A stretch of 64,000 nucleotides of DNA from Candidatus Latescibacterota bacterium (GTDB lineage: Bacteria; Latescibacterota; UBA2968; UBA8231). The stretch is taken from the NCBI GenBank assembly GCA_965223905.1, contig CBDCXV010000001.1, positions 352,001-416,000 on the forward strand. Direction: 5' to 3'. The position numbers and the translations under genes are program-made. Position 1 is the stretch's first letter; each line of letters starts with the position of its first letter. Below, in pieces: positions 31,439-41,868 of the stretch. The notes beneath the pieces are model-generated. The model was not told where the DNA came from, did not search any database, and saw only the letters and a list, made by a program, of their open reading frames with translations.

Positions 31439-31546
31439 CATCGACTTGCACCAAACGGGTCACTCGCTCGCCATTGTTCCCCTAAAGAGGGAAGAGTTTA
31501 GGCGCCGGGGGGATTAATAGTGTGTCCGGTGTCAACGATGTGAGCA
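31433..31546 (+). other. degenerate attC-like site
   Basis: GCATGAC overlapping the stop, then ATCGACTTGCACC, imperfectly complementary to GGTGTCAACGATGTGAGC; matching GTTATGC core at 30693. Confidence 0.45.
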
Positions 31547-31820
31547 TTGCCTACCGGAGACGCCGCTTTCACCTGCCGACCGAGCCTTGGTCTAGTTACG
31601 AGAAATTCCTGTAACCTCTCCCGCCCGTCAATCCCGTAATGGATACTTTTCGATATACCGAATTACAAAAAAATCGGATGAACGCCATAGAAAATGAACG
31701 AAAAGCATTCGTCTCGAGGTTGGCCCAGGAGAACTGGGTTTTTTACGGATCACCCGATGGCCGCGGCATACTGCGTGCCTTCGAGTTGGCCTTCGAGAAT
31801 CAATGGGTATACCTGTTTGA

Positions 31821-33528
31821 GTAACCGTTCAGTTCCCCTGGCAGGTTGGGGCGGGGGCGGAATGGTAGCAGGTTGACTATTACTACGGGGAGTAATTGAA
31901 AGTTTACAACACTCTCGAAGGGGAAATGGTGCCATCTATGTCACCTATTTACCGCTCCCCGTAATAACGAATGGGGGAGTGGGTTGAAGGCAGCAGCGAG
32001 GGCGCCGGCTGCTTAGACACGGCGGCGTCACAGGCCATCCTGAGATAGTCGAGGACGTTGCGCTGCTGCTGGCGCAGGGTATCGCGCACCGTGAGCAGGC
32101 GCTCTACGAAACGGCTGCCTTCGGCACTGTGGGTGCCGAAGCTGGTGTGACGCCACAACACGCCATGGCGAAGGGCTCGTTCGGCGTCGTTGTTGGTCGG
32201 CTCGACGCCGGGCCGGCGTGCGAAGGTCCACAGGGCCGGCCCGAGGTCGAGGAGATTGGCGCAGGTGGCCGCCGTCTTGGCGTCGGCGAACTGCTGCCCA
32301 TAGCACAAATGAAACCGAAAGCGCAGACACAAATCGTCGATATAGTCCTGGAAGCGGGCGCGGGACAGGGTACCGTCGCGGACTTGATGCCACCAGGTAA
32401 ACAGCTGCTCGCTGCGGTCCAACAGGTGTTGACCGACGCGCTCGGCCTCTCCGCCCCGGGCCACGAACTCCTCGAAGGCGCGCCGCAGGTGAGCCCAGCA
32501 GACTTGCCGGCGTCGCAGCGGCAGATGCGCGTAGGCCGAATAGCGATCGCAGCCGACCACCGCCCGGTTATCCGCACCCAGCATCTCATCGACCCCGTCG
32601 CGGTTACGTCTTTTGCGGATGGAGAACACGGTGACGCCGTCCGTCACCGCGGTCCACAACCAGGCCTTGGCGCGGCGCTGGCGCCAGCCGGTCTCGTCGA
32701 CGTTGACGATGCCCTGTCGGCGAACGAAGGCGCGCGCCTCCTCGACCGCACCCGCCAGGGCCGTGGCCACTTCCTGTTCCAGCCGGCTGACGGTACCCAG
32801 CGACACCTCCAGGCCGAAGGCGTCGGACAACAGCGCCCGGATGTTGCGCTTGCTCAGCCGGTAGGCCCCGGCCAACAGGCCGACCCAGGCTTGCACGCTG
32901 GGACCGAAGGTGTGCCGCGATACGCCCTCGGGCCAACCGGCTTCGGTCAGGCGGTCGCAGTGACCGCAGCGCAGGGTGTGCAACTGATACTCGATGACCT
33001 CGGCCCGCACCGGCGGGATGACGACTGCCTGGTGACGCTGCGGATGGGGATCGTCTCCCGTCAACAGGTGCCCGCATCCGTGGCACGTACTCGGCTTGAC
33101 CGGGATCCGTTCGTCCACCTGCTCCACCGATACCCACGAGCGGCCGTGTCCTTCGTGCCCGGGCTGTCCGCCCGGCGAGCGCCCCGAGGATCGGCGTCGG
33201 GAGGCGTCGGTGCGAGGCGAGGAGGAAGCGCCCGATTCCGACGAGGCGGCCCGGGCACCGCGGCGGGACCGCCCCTTGCGGCGGGCCAATTCCCGCTCCA
33301 GCTCGGCGATCCGCGCCGTCTGTTGTTCCACGATTTGCTCGAGCTGGACAATGCGCTGACGCAAGTCGCCTTCGGAAATCGCACTCTCAGGGGGTCTCTT
33401 CATGGGGTCGCCGTATCCAGGAAAATCTGCAACACACAACCGATTCCCGAAGATACCGACGAACCCCAAAACCCGCGTAGGTATTTCTTTATATGCTCAA
33501 ACTACTGCAGGGGGGACTGAACGGTTAC
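31821..33528 (-). mobile_element. complete IS66-family element (single-ORF, ISBst12-like), 1708 bp
   Basis: terminal IRs GTAACCGTTCAGT / ACTGAACGGTTAC; 8-bp target duplication CTGTTTGA at 31813-31820 and 33529-33536. Confidence 0.93.
31949..33403 (-). CDS. IS66 family transposase
   Basis: coiled coil, PGGQPGH, zinc finger CHGC/CGHC, VDETGW, CDRYSAY, QVCWAHLRR, PTNNDAERALR. Confidence 0.93.
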   Translation of the reverse strand: MKRPPESAISEGDLRQRIVQLEQIVEQQTARIAELERELARRKGRSRRGARAASSESGASSSPRTDASRRRSSGRSPGGQPGHEGHGRSWVSVEQVDERIPVKPSTCHGCGHLLTGDDPHPQRHQAVVIPPVRAEVIEYQLHTLRCGHCDRLTEAGWPEGVSRHTFGPSVQAWVGLLAGAYRLSKRNIRALLSDAFGLEVSLGTVSRLEQEVATALAGAVEEARAFVRRQGIVNVDETGWRQRRAKAWLWTAVTDGVTVFSIRKRRNRDGVDEMLGADNRAVVGCDRYSAYAHLPLRRRQVCWAHLRRAFEEFVARGGEAERVGQHLLDRSEQLFTWWHQVRDGTLSRARFQDYIDDLCLRFRFHLCYGQQFADAKTAATCANLLDLGPALWTFARRPGVEPTNNDAERALRHGVLWRHTSFGTHSAEGSRFVERLLTVRDTLRQQQRNVLDYLRMACDAAVSKQPAPSLLPSTHSPIRYYGER

Positions 33529-36500
33529 CTGTTTGAACTGGTCCAGAACGCACTCGATGCAGGGGCAAATTCAATCGCCATTCGGCTCGCAGAAAACGGC
33601 GACGCTTTGACCCTCCAGCACGATGGAGGTCAACCTCTCGACGAGAAAGACGTCGAGGGACTCTCGAAAATCTTCCGGTCGACCAAGGGCGCCTGGTCCG
33701 TAGGCTTCATGGGTATCGGCTTCAAGAGTGTCTTCGGGAGGTTTCAAGAGGCCTGGATCTCTGGGAGCGGTTGGACATTCCGCTATGAGACCACCCAGGT
33801 AGTGGGCCAGGAGTATGGAGACAAACAACGCGATTTGCTGGGGGCGGTAATCCCAGTCTGGGATGACACGATCCCGGCACCCCAACCTGGTTTCACCACC
33901 CGTTTCGAGATGCACCGGCCAACCGAAGAAGGACGGGATCTCCAATCGGACTTGGCGCAATTTCTACCAGAGGGAAGTCGCACGATACTCGCGATCTTGG
34001 CGGCGTCCGGCCTGGAGCGCCTCGAAGTGAACGATCAAGAGTGGGAATTGGGCACCAGTGGGGAGCCCGGGGGGAGCTTGGTGGTGACCGCGTTTACGCA
34101 CGACGAAAACCTGCTCTGGCGGCTATTTCCGGCGCAATTCCGACCTTCCAGGGAAGCGGTTGCGTGTTTTCTCGAACACCGCAGAATCCAGCCTTCCGAG
34201 GAAGAGCGCGAGCAGGTCTATGCTGAAGCCGCCCGTGATCGCCGGGTGTTGGGGGTGCTGCCCCTGGACAACGACGGCATGCCCAAGCCACCGCCCAGGG
34301 GACGGGTCTGGGCCACCTTGCCCACTGAGGTTACTCTGCCTTTTGGCCTGCACATCAATGCCGACTGGCTGTTGAACATCTCCCGGACCGGGCTACGAGA
34401 GATTGAAGACAATCCCTGGCAGCGTGGTATCGCGGACAGCATCGCGGACATATTGGCGGGCTTCCTCGAGTGGTCTGCTGATACGCTTGCGGAGCCCGAC
34501 AGGGCCAAGGCGGCTTTCAAGGCCCTCGCGTTGCCATCTCTCGAAGCTGGAGGACTTGAAACACTTCTTGCCAGTGAGCACTGGCTATCGGGGTTGCGGA
34601 ATCGCCTTGAAGAGGCTGCGGTGTTTCCCGTTTGGACCGGGGAAACCGGGAGGCTGGCGTTCTCGAAACCGGGCGATACCGTCGTTCCGCCCGCCCCGTT
34701 GGCGAGAGCGTTCAGCAAATATCCGGATCTGCGACCGGCGGTTCTTCTGAAAGGGTCCGTGCTCATGGGCGATGTGCTTGGACCCGATGCGCTCAAGCTT
34801 CTGCGCCGAATTGGCCTTCTCTGCGAGATGTCGCCACAAGAATTGGAGCAAGCGTGGCAGGGTGGTCTGGAAGATTGCTGGAAACAGTTCCCCGGAGAGC
34901 ACGAGAGCCGGCGGCGCCTGCTTTTTCGCCTATGGGCTGCTGTCGCCGATCTGCTTTCTGATGAGGCTTGGCGGGATGTCGATCTTCATTGCATTCGTTC
35001 CGTCGCCGGCAAATGGCACCCGGTGACCGAGGTCGTATTCCTCAACGAGAGGCTTCCTACCAAAAGGGAGCCGGGCGGATCCGAAACCCGCGGATTCGTG
35101 GAGCCGCTCGTCCCGGACGAGAACCGCCTGGGGGACGAATGGGTTGCCACCCTTCGCCAACGGAGACGCAACGAGCCTGAGCAGAAGATCCTTTCGCAAG
35201 CTTGGGATTGGATCGAGAGGCACGCCCGCGGCATCAGTCTCCTGGAGGTAGTCGAGGCTGCCGTTAACAATCTGAAGTTGTCGGCGAATCCGGACTGGTC
35301 GGTGCTCGTACCACTTGGGCACTGGTCGAAGCACCGTAATCGTCCTGACCTGTTGGCTCACGTGCTCGTGGAGTCGGAGAACGGTCAGCGGGGGTTGCCG
35401 GTCGGCGAGGCACTCCTGGCAACTCCGTATGTCGAGCACGGTCGGGATCGCGCCCTTCTGTTTCCGGCGAACCCGGTGATCTCGTCGGCATACTTGGACC
35501 AAGACCCAAAACATGCAAGCTCAAGGGAATGGCGGGCGTTCTTCGAGAAAGCTGGCGCGAAGGGAGGGCTCGAAGTGAGGTGCTTGGAGGATTTTGCTTC
35601 CAGAGGAAAGCGGGAGCTCGTCGCGAAGTTCCTTGGTACCGACGTTAATGCGATCGGCGAATCGAATGACAGTGGCTATAGGCTTCTGGACTTCGACATC
35701 GAGCCAAGTCTTCCCGGACCGGATGCACCCAGAGAACTCCGAGGGGCTCTCGCTGCCTGGATCGAGGACGGTTCCCAAGTTCTCCATGCCAATGGGCGGC
35801 GGCAGTGTTCGTATTTCTATTACCATTCCAACACCCGCCATGGAACCACCCAGAGCGCCTGGGTGATCAAGCTATCCAAACTGGCATGGGTGCCCTGTGA
35901 AGATGGCGAACTCCGGCGTCCGCAGGACGTACTTCCATGGTCCGACCCAGCACGGGAAGACGCACCGGTTGCGCAACTTTCGCCCGAACTCCTGTCCGTA
36001 TTGGAGCAGGAAGGCGTGAAATTCGGTACGGCCATTCCCGAAGCTACATCCCTCCGCAGACTGGCGGCAGTAGGCTTCCGACTCGATGCAGAAGAGCTGG
36101 CGGAGCTTCTTTCCCAGTGCCGCCACCAGGTAACGTCGGACAAGGACAGGGGCTTGTTAGATCGAGCTCTCCAAGAGCTTACAGTTCCGTCGAGTAACAG
36201 CCAGCGTTTCCCGCTCGATCGGATCGTCCGGCGGGTCGGGGGTAGCCACCGAGGCGGGCTGGGTGGCTGGGTCGTACCGGTGGATCGGATCGAAGACGTG
36301 TTGCGCAGGGAATTGGAACATCCCGATTTCGCCCGCGACTTCCCGGACACTACTACCGGCGGCCAGGCTCTGGATTACATCCGGGAGGTCTGGAAGCGTG
36401 CCCGTTCGTCGCCCGAAGGGTTGGCGAACGAGGTGCGCGACGTGCTCCCGACCGCCTATGCCTACTGCCTGGAAGACTGTCAAGAGGATGTGGCGCTTTC

Positions 36501-38087
36501 TGAACAATGGGAGGAAGCCGCTACGGAGGCGGTGGTCTTTGCCGAGCGGGACTGGGTTGTCTTGACCGAGGCTGACAACACCTATTTGGACGACATCGAA
36601 GATCGGCTATTTCTCCCAAGCAAACACCAAGTGCGAATTGTCACGGGCGGACACCTTGGCCATTCCAGGTCGCAGCAACTTTGCACTGCGGAAGCGATTG
36701 GCCTGCCGCTTCTGTCGTCTTCGGTCATCATGGAGTGGCATTGCGAAGAAGAGACGCCAATCTCCGATGATTGGGTCTCCAGGTTCGACCTCACCTGTCA
36801 GCTTCTCCGACGGGTTCGGGGGAGTGAGCAAGAGGAAAGCGACGGAGCGGGAATCGAGACAGAAAAGCTACCGATGCTGATCCGCGTTCGCGAGCTTGCT
36901 CTCAAGGTTCGAGTACTTAACGGTGACAGCGAGCATGTGCCTGTGAACGCCCGCTTGCACAAGCGCGCCCTGAGCGTCGCGGGCCGCCCGATTCAGTTCG
37001 CGTCCGACGCGGCCAAGGAACTCCTACGAGAATATTCGTTCGGACAGCGCGCAGATCTTGCCGCCGACCTCACTGGCATGCTGACGGCAATTGACGTCGA
37101 TCGGGATTTCCATTTTGCCGCAGATAAGTTCCGGCGCTCCCATGCACCCAAATTCAAATGGCCGCCAGTGGTCCTGCTGGATTTGGATCATGAGGAAGCA
37201 ACCGGTCCGGGGGACGAGCCGACTGGACCCGCGAGTACCGCTGCACCGATCAGGGACGAAAGGCAGGGAGCGGATGCTCCTACGGACCAAGCGCGCCCTT
37301 CCGGCGCCTCTGGGCGTGGAAAGCCTAATCTGTCCGGCGATGGCAAGGCCGTCGATGACCAGACAGGACAACCCGGTGAGCTTGAGCGCGAGGAGTCTGG
37401 TTCAACGGGCGGCTCTTACACCAGGGACAGAGCTCTTGCCCGACAGAACGCCCTGGCGGAACAGTTGAGGAGTTCGCTGAAAGGGGAGATCGCGCCGAAC
37501 CCTGAAGAGGATGATGCAGCCGAGACCGGGATCTCCAACGAAGACCGGCCCACGGCTCTCGGGGACGAAGAGTACCGAAAAGTTGCGGCGCGATACGAGA
37601 GAGAAGCAGGCCGAGAGCCGGAGCTTGGGGATCCCCGTCAAACCGGCTGGGATATCCGCAGTACTGACCCGAGGACCAAGGCGGTTCGGCTGATCGAGGT
37701 GAAAGGAAGGGGCCGTCCCTGGGATGAAGACGAGGTCGTGGAGCTGACGCGCGCTCAGATAGGCAAGGCGTTTGAAACGGCGGAGAAGCAGGCGACGGAT
37801 TCGTGGTACCTCTATGTAGTGGAGAAGACGGATGACGACGGATGACGACGGCTACCAAGTGCTCCCCATCGGGAATCCGATTCAGACCGCCGCGAAATGG
37901 ATACTTCCCGGTAAATCGTGGCGGATGGCGGCGGAGAGCCCTAAATCTGTTGCCGGTCCTGAAAACTGATCCCGGAGGTTCATCTGAGGTGCGTTCGACG
38001 AATGTCCAGCTCCCGAAAGAATCCAGGGAATTTCGGGAAAACTTCCTGCCTCCTGTTGGCAAATTCGCAATAGACCATCGCCTTGGA

Positions 38088-38715
38088 GAGGCAAGCCCCA
38101 TTTTCCGTTGAAACAAAGCACAGGCTCGGTTGAGTTGATCAGCCCGTCATGGCGAGCTGTTTGATACCGAGCTCGGCTTGCAGGGCGTGCCGTAGCGTCG
38201 GCAAGTGACGGTAGCCTTTGACCCGGCGCCTGCCCGCGAGCGGCGTGCAGGCGGGCAGACGCGGTTCGATGTCCAGCAGCGCCGTGGCGACCCAGCGGTG
38301 ACGCTGCGATGAATTGCTCCAGCGCCGCACATTGTGTGCGTCAACTGCTCAAAAAGGCCGTTGACGTTCTCGATACAGTTGGTGGTACGGAAGGTACGGA
38401 AGAATCCTTCAGCATCGGCATCAGCCCCAAACGGTGCAGCGCCAGAGTCTCTTCCAGACCTTCCTTGAGGCTTCGCAGGGCGGACCGCTCCCTCAGCTCC
38501 AAGCCCGGTTTGAACGCCTCCAGGGCGGCCTTGGCCTCCTCGTAGGCCGCTTGTGCGTAGGCCGCTTCCATTTTGCGACGGATACGGTCTTGCTCGCTCT
38601 TGGGCAGATACGAAACGACGTTCTGGCGCTTGTGCTGGCAGCGCTGCACGCAGGCATGCCATCCTAGCACCGACCGCACCGCCTTGTACAGTCCCTTACT
38701 CGAATCCGGCCCGGC
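38088..38715 (-). mobile_element. IS256-family transposase remnant (3' part)
   Basis: SKGLYKAV, VQRCQ-HKRQN, RTTNCIEN, EPRL..RVKGY with frameshifts; TTTCAACGGAAAATGGGG end-like sequence. Confidence 0.78.
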
Positions 38716-38723
38716 TTCATACT

Positions 38724-38901
38724 GCAATCCGGTCGTTACCGTTTCCCGACGTCAGGACTGCTCGGGCTGACCGCCCCGCCGACACGGAAGGGGATTGAAC
38801 TGCTGGAGGACCTTGGCGTGGTTCGCGAGATCACCGGCAAGCGTCGCGGCCGCGCCTACGCTAACCACGAGTACCTTCAAGTCTTTACCGGTGACGAGTA
38901 G
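38724..38901 (+). pseudogene. C-terminal HTH fragment of a Fic-family gene
   Basis: GIELLEDLGVVREITGKRRGRAY.NHEYL resembles the C-terminus of the Fic protein at 14017-15177. Confidence 0.65.
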
Positions 38902-38999
38902 GTGATCCTTCCGTCCGCGATACCTGGCCTGGCAAGTTCAGTAGCCGAACAAATCCAGACCGGGATGAAGTGGCTCTTGCGCAAGGGCACGTGCGGCGC

Positions 39000-39017
39000 A
39001 TCTTATCGAGATAAGAT
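39000..39017. promoter_or_regulatory. putative TA operator
   Basis: perfect palindrome ATCTTATC-GA-GATAAGAT immediately before the AAGGAG RBS. Confidence 0.65.
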
Positions 39018-39032
39018 AAAAAGGAGATATAA

Positions 39033-39314
39033 ATGGACTATCTGGCGGTAAAGGATCTCAAAAAGACCAGAGAACTCTGGGAAAAGCTTGCCAGGGAGCG
39101 AGAGCTGGTCATTACCCGGGACGGCAAGCCATCGGCCTTGATGATCAGCATCTCACCGGAGACCGTGGAGGAGTCGTTGCGCGAGATACGTCGGGCGCTC
39201 TTCTCGGGCGCCGTCAGCCGGGTGCGAAAGCGGGCAGAGAAGGAAGGGATACCGGACGGCCCAACGATTGCAGCAGAGATCGATCAGAGCAGGAAGGACC
39301 AAGGCCTGTCTTGA
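39033..39314 (+). CDS. Phd/YefM-like antitoxin
   Basis: VKDLK...ELVITRDGKPSALM; 93 aa; overlaps the PIN gene. Confidence 0.82.
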   Translation: MDYLAVKDLKKTRELWEKLARERELVITRDGKPSALMISISPETVEESLREIRRALFSGAVSRVRKRAEKEGIPDGPTIAAEIDQSRKDQGLS

Positions 39315-39736
39315 GAGTGGTCCTCGACACCAACGTCCTGGTATCGGGGCTGATCAACCCTCACGGCTACCCCGGGCGGATTGTCGACTTGCTGCGTGTG
39401 GACGTGTTGGAGGTCGTGGTGGATGACCGCATTCTGGCCGAGTACCACGATGTCCTTGCTCGCGAGGCTTTCGGCAGGTACTTCTCGAAGCCAGACCGGG
39501 AAGCCATACTGGACTACCTCGACAACAACGCACTGCACATCGCCCCTCACTTGGTCTTGGCCCCTTTCCCGGATCCCGGGGACACGCCGTTCCTGGAGGT
39601 GGCACTGTCCGAGGATGTGCCCCTGGTGACCGGAAATGCGAGCCACTTCCCTCCGGAAAGGCGGAGAAACTGCGAAGTGTTCAGTCCAAGGGAGTTTTTC
39701 CACAGGCACTATCCCGCCGGGTCAAAGGGGGAATGA
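39311..39736 (+). CDS. PIN-family toxin (PIN_3-like)
   Basis: RVVLDTNVLVSGL, DPGDTPFLEVA, LVTGNASHF. Confidence 0.9.
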   Translation: MRVVLDTNVLVSGLINPHGYPGRIVDLLRVDVLEVVVDDRILAEYHDVLAREAFGRYFSKPDREAILDYLDNNALHIAPHLVLAPFPDPGDTPFLEVALSEDVPLVTGNASHFPPERRRNCEVFSPREFFHRHYPAGSKGE

Positions 39737-40947
39737 ACTCCGGGGGGCACATCAGGACCGCCAACCTCCGTCCCTGCCTGCGCGCCGCGGGACTGGTGCT
39801 GCCGCTGCTTGCCTTCATCGGCCTGACCTTCATCGCGCCGCTGGCAACCATGCTCGTGCGCAGCGTGTACGATTCGGTGGTCGCGGAAGCTCTCCCCGAA
39901 ACCCTCGGCCTGCTGCGCCAGTGGGATGGGAAGGCCCCCCCCGCCGAAGCGGTGTACGAGGCAGCCGCACGAGAGCTGGCAAAGGCGCGCGCGGAGCGGA
40001 CCCTCGGCCAGGTGGCGACCCGGGTGAACCGCATTCACGGCGGACTGCGCAGCGTCCTGACCCGCAGTGCGCGCAAGTTGCAGAAGGTCGGCGAAGGGCC
40101 CTGGCGCGATGCCATGATCGGAGTCGACGATGCCTGGGGGGAGGTGCGGACCTGGCACGCGATCCGCAGCGCCGGGGAACGGTTCACCGCGCGGCACTAC
40201 CTGAACGCCCTCGACCTGCAACGGCTGCCCGACGGGTCGGTCGCCCGCCAGCCGGAGGAGCGCCGGATCTATCTGCCTCTGCTGTGGCGCACCCTGCTGG
40301 TGAGCCTGGGAATCACCGGGCTGTGCCTGTTGCTGGGCTATCCCATCGCTCACCTGATCGCCCATGCCCCCCCGCACCGCGCCAACCTGCTCCTGGCGCT
40401 GGTGCTCGTCCCCTTCTGGACCTCCCTGCTGGTGCGGACGACTTCCTGGATCGTCCTGCTTCAGAACCAGGGGGTTCTCAACGACGCCCTCGTGGCCCTG
40501 GGGCTGATCGGGGACGATGGCAGGCTAGCCATGATCTACAACATGACCGGTACCTTCGTGGCGATGACCCACGTGCTGCTCCCCTTCATGGTGCTGCCGC
40601 TCTACTCGATCATGCGCGCCATACCCCCGGTCCAGATGAGCGCCGCGGCCTCGCTGGGGGCCAATCCGCTACAGGCTTTCTGCCGGGTGTACTGGCCGCA
40701 GACGCTCCCCGGCGTCGGCGCCGGCTCGCTGCTGGTCTTCATCCTCGCCATCGGCTACTACATCACCCCCGCGCTGGTGGGGGGCAGCAGCGGCCAGCTG
40801 ATTTCCAACATGATCGCCTACCACATGCAGACCTCCCTCAACTGGTCTCTCGCCGCGGCCCTCGGCGGCATTCTCCTGGTCTGCGTGATCGCCCTTTACT
40901 GGCTCTACGATCGCCTGGTGGGCGTCGAGCGCATGAGGCTGGGCTGA
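39733..40947 (+). CDS. polyamine ABC transporter permease (PotB-like)
   Basis: LLGYPIA, PFWTSLLVRT, LPFMVLPLY, AAASLGA. Confidence 0.88.
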   Translation: MNSGGHIRTANLRPCLRAAGLVLPLLAFIGLTFIAPLATMLVRSVYDSVVAEALPETLGLLRQWDGKAPPAEAVYEAAARELAKARAERTLGQVATRVNRIHGGLRSVLTRSARKLQKVGEGPWRDAMIGVDDAWGEVRTWHAIRSAGERFTARHYLNALDLQRLPDGSVARQPEERRIYLPLLWRTLLVSLGITGLCLLLGYPIAHLIAHAPPHRANLLLALVLVPFWTSLLVRTTSWIVLLQNQGVLNDALVALGLIGDDGRLAMIYNMTGTFVAMTHVLLPFMVLPLYSIMRAIPPVQMSAAASLGANPLQAFCRVYWPQTLPGVGAGSLLVFILAIGYYITPALVGGSSGQLISNMIAYHMQTSLNWSLAAALGGILLVCVIALYWLYDRLVGVERMRLG

Positions 40948-40948
40948 A

Positions 40949-41779
40949 ATGACGCCGCAGGGCAGAGAGCGCATCGTCCGGTTTGCCTACCTGGCGTTTT
41001 GCGCCGCGGTGTTCGCCTTTCTCGTGGCGCCGATTCTGGTGATCGTGCCGTTGAGCTTCAACGCCGAGCCCTACTTCACTTTCACCGACGGCATGCTGCG
41101 CCTCGACGCCGAGGCGTACTCGCTGCGCTGGTACCGCCAGATCGTCGAAGAGGATGCGTGGACGCGCGCCCTGGCCAACAGTCTGATCATCGGGGTCGCC
41201 TCCACGGCGCTGGCGACCACACTCGGAACGCTGGCGGCCCTGGGCCTGTCGAGCGCCGCCATGCCGGCCCGCCGCCTGGCGATGGGATTGCTGATCTCGC
41301 CGATGGTGACCCCGGTGATCATCTCGGCTGCGGGCATGTTCTTCTTCTACTCGAGTCTCGGACTGTCCCAGACCCACCTCGGTTTGATCCTTGCGCACGC
41401 GGCGCTGGGCACGCCCTTTGTCGTGATAACCGTTACCGCGACGCTTTCCGCCTTCGATACGAACCTGACGCGGGCGGCGGCCAGTCTGGGGGCCGGACCG
41501 TTGCGCACCTTCCGCAGCGTGCAGCTGCCCCTGATCGCGCCGGGGGTCGTCTCCGGTGGACTCTTCGCCTTCGCCACTTCCTTCGACGAAGTGGTCGCCG
41601 TGCTCTTCATGGCCGCCCTGGAGCAGCGCACCATCCCGCGCCAGATGTGGGCCGGCATCCGCGAGCAGATCAGTCCGACCATCCTGGCGGTGGCTACCTT
41701 CCTGATCGTCTTTGCCGTGCTGCTGCTGTTCGCCGTGGAATGGCTGCGCCGGCGGGCGAGCTCGGGAGCGGCAGCTTGA
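40949..41779 (+). CDS. polyamine ABC transporter permease (PotC-like)
   Basis: PLSFN, SLRWY, AAASLGA, FATSFDEVV. Confidence 0.9.
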   Translation: MTPQGRERIVRFAYLAFCAAVFAFLVAPILVIVPLSFNAEPYFTFTDGMLRLDAEAYSLRWYRQIVEEDAWTRALANSLIIGVASTALATTLGTLAALGLSSAAMPARRLAMGLLISPMVTPVIISAAGMFFFYSSLGLSQTHLGLILAHAALGTPFVVITVTATLSAFDTNLTRAAASLGAGPLRTFRSVQLPLIAPGVVSGGLFAFATSFDEVVAVLFMAALEQRTIPRQMWAGIREQISPTILAVATFLIVFAVLLLFAVEWLRRRASSGAAA

Positions 41780-41868
41780 TCCCGGCAGCACGCAATGTGC
41801 ACCAAGGCGCATAACCGAATGGAAACCGGGGATTTGAACCAGCTGCTGCCTGACGCGACTTTGAGAGC

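Larger units (their letters stand above)
31678..37969 (+). pseudogene. sacsin-like GHKL ATPase with C-terminal DUF3883 (NO VEIN-like) nuclease domain, interrupted by IS66 and a 10-bp duplication
   Basis: WVYLFE|LVQNALDAGA rejoined across the IS; GFMGIGFKSVF; GWDIRS...LIEVKG; GATGACGACG duplicated at 37831-37850. Confidence 0.85.

Noticed and set aside
31639-31824. Stand-alone 61-aa small protein
   Set aside because: It is the N-terminus of the IS-interrupted sacsin-like gene; its stop codon comes from the IS end
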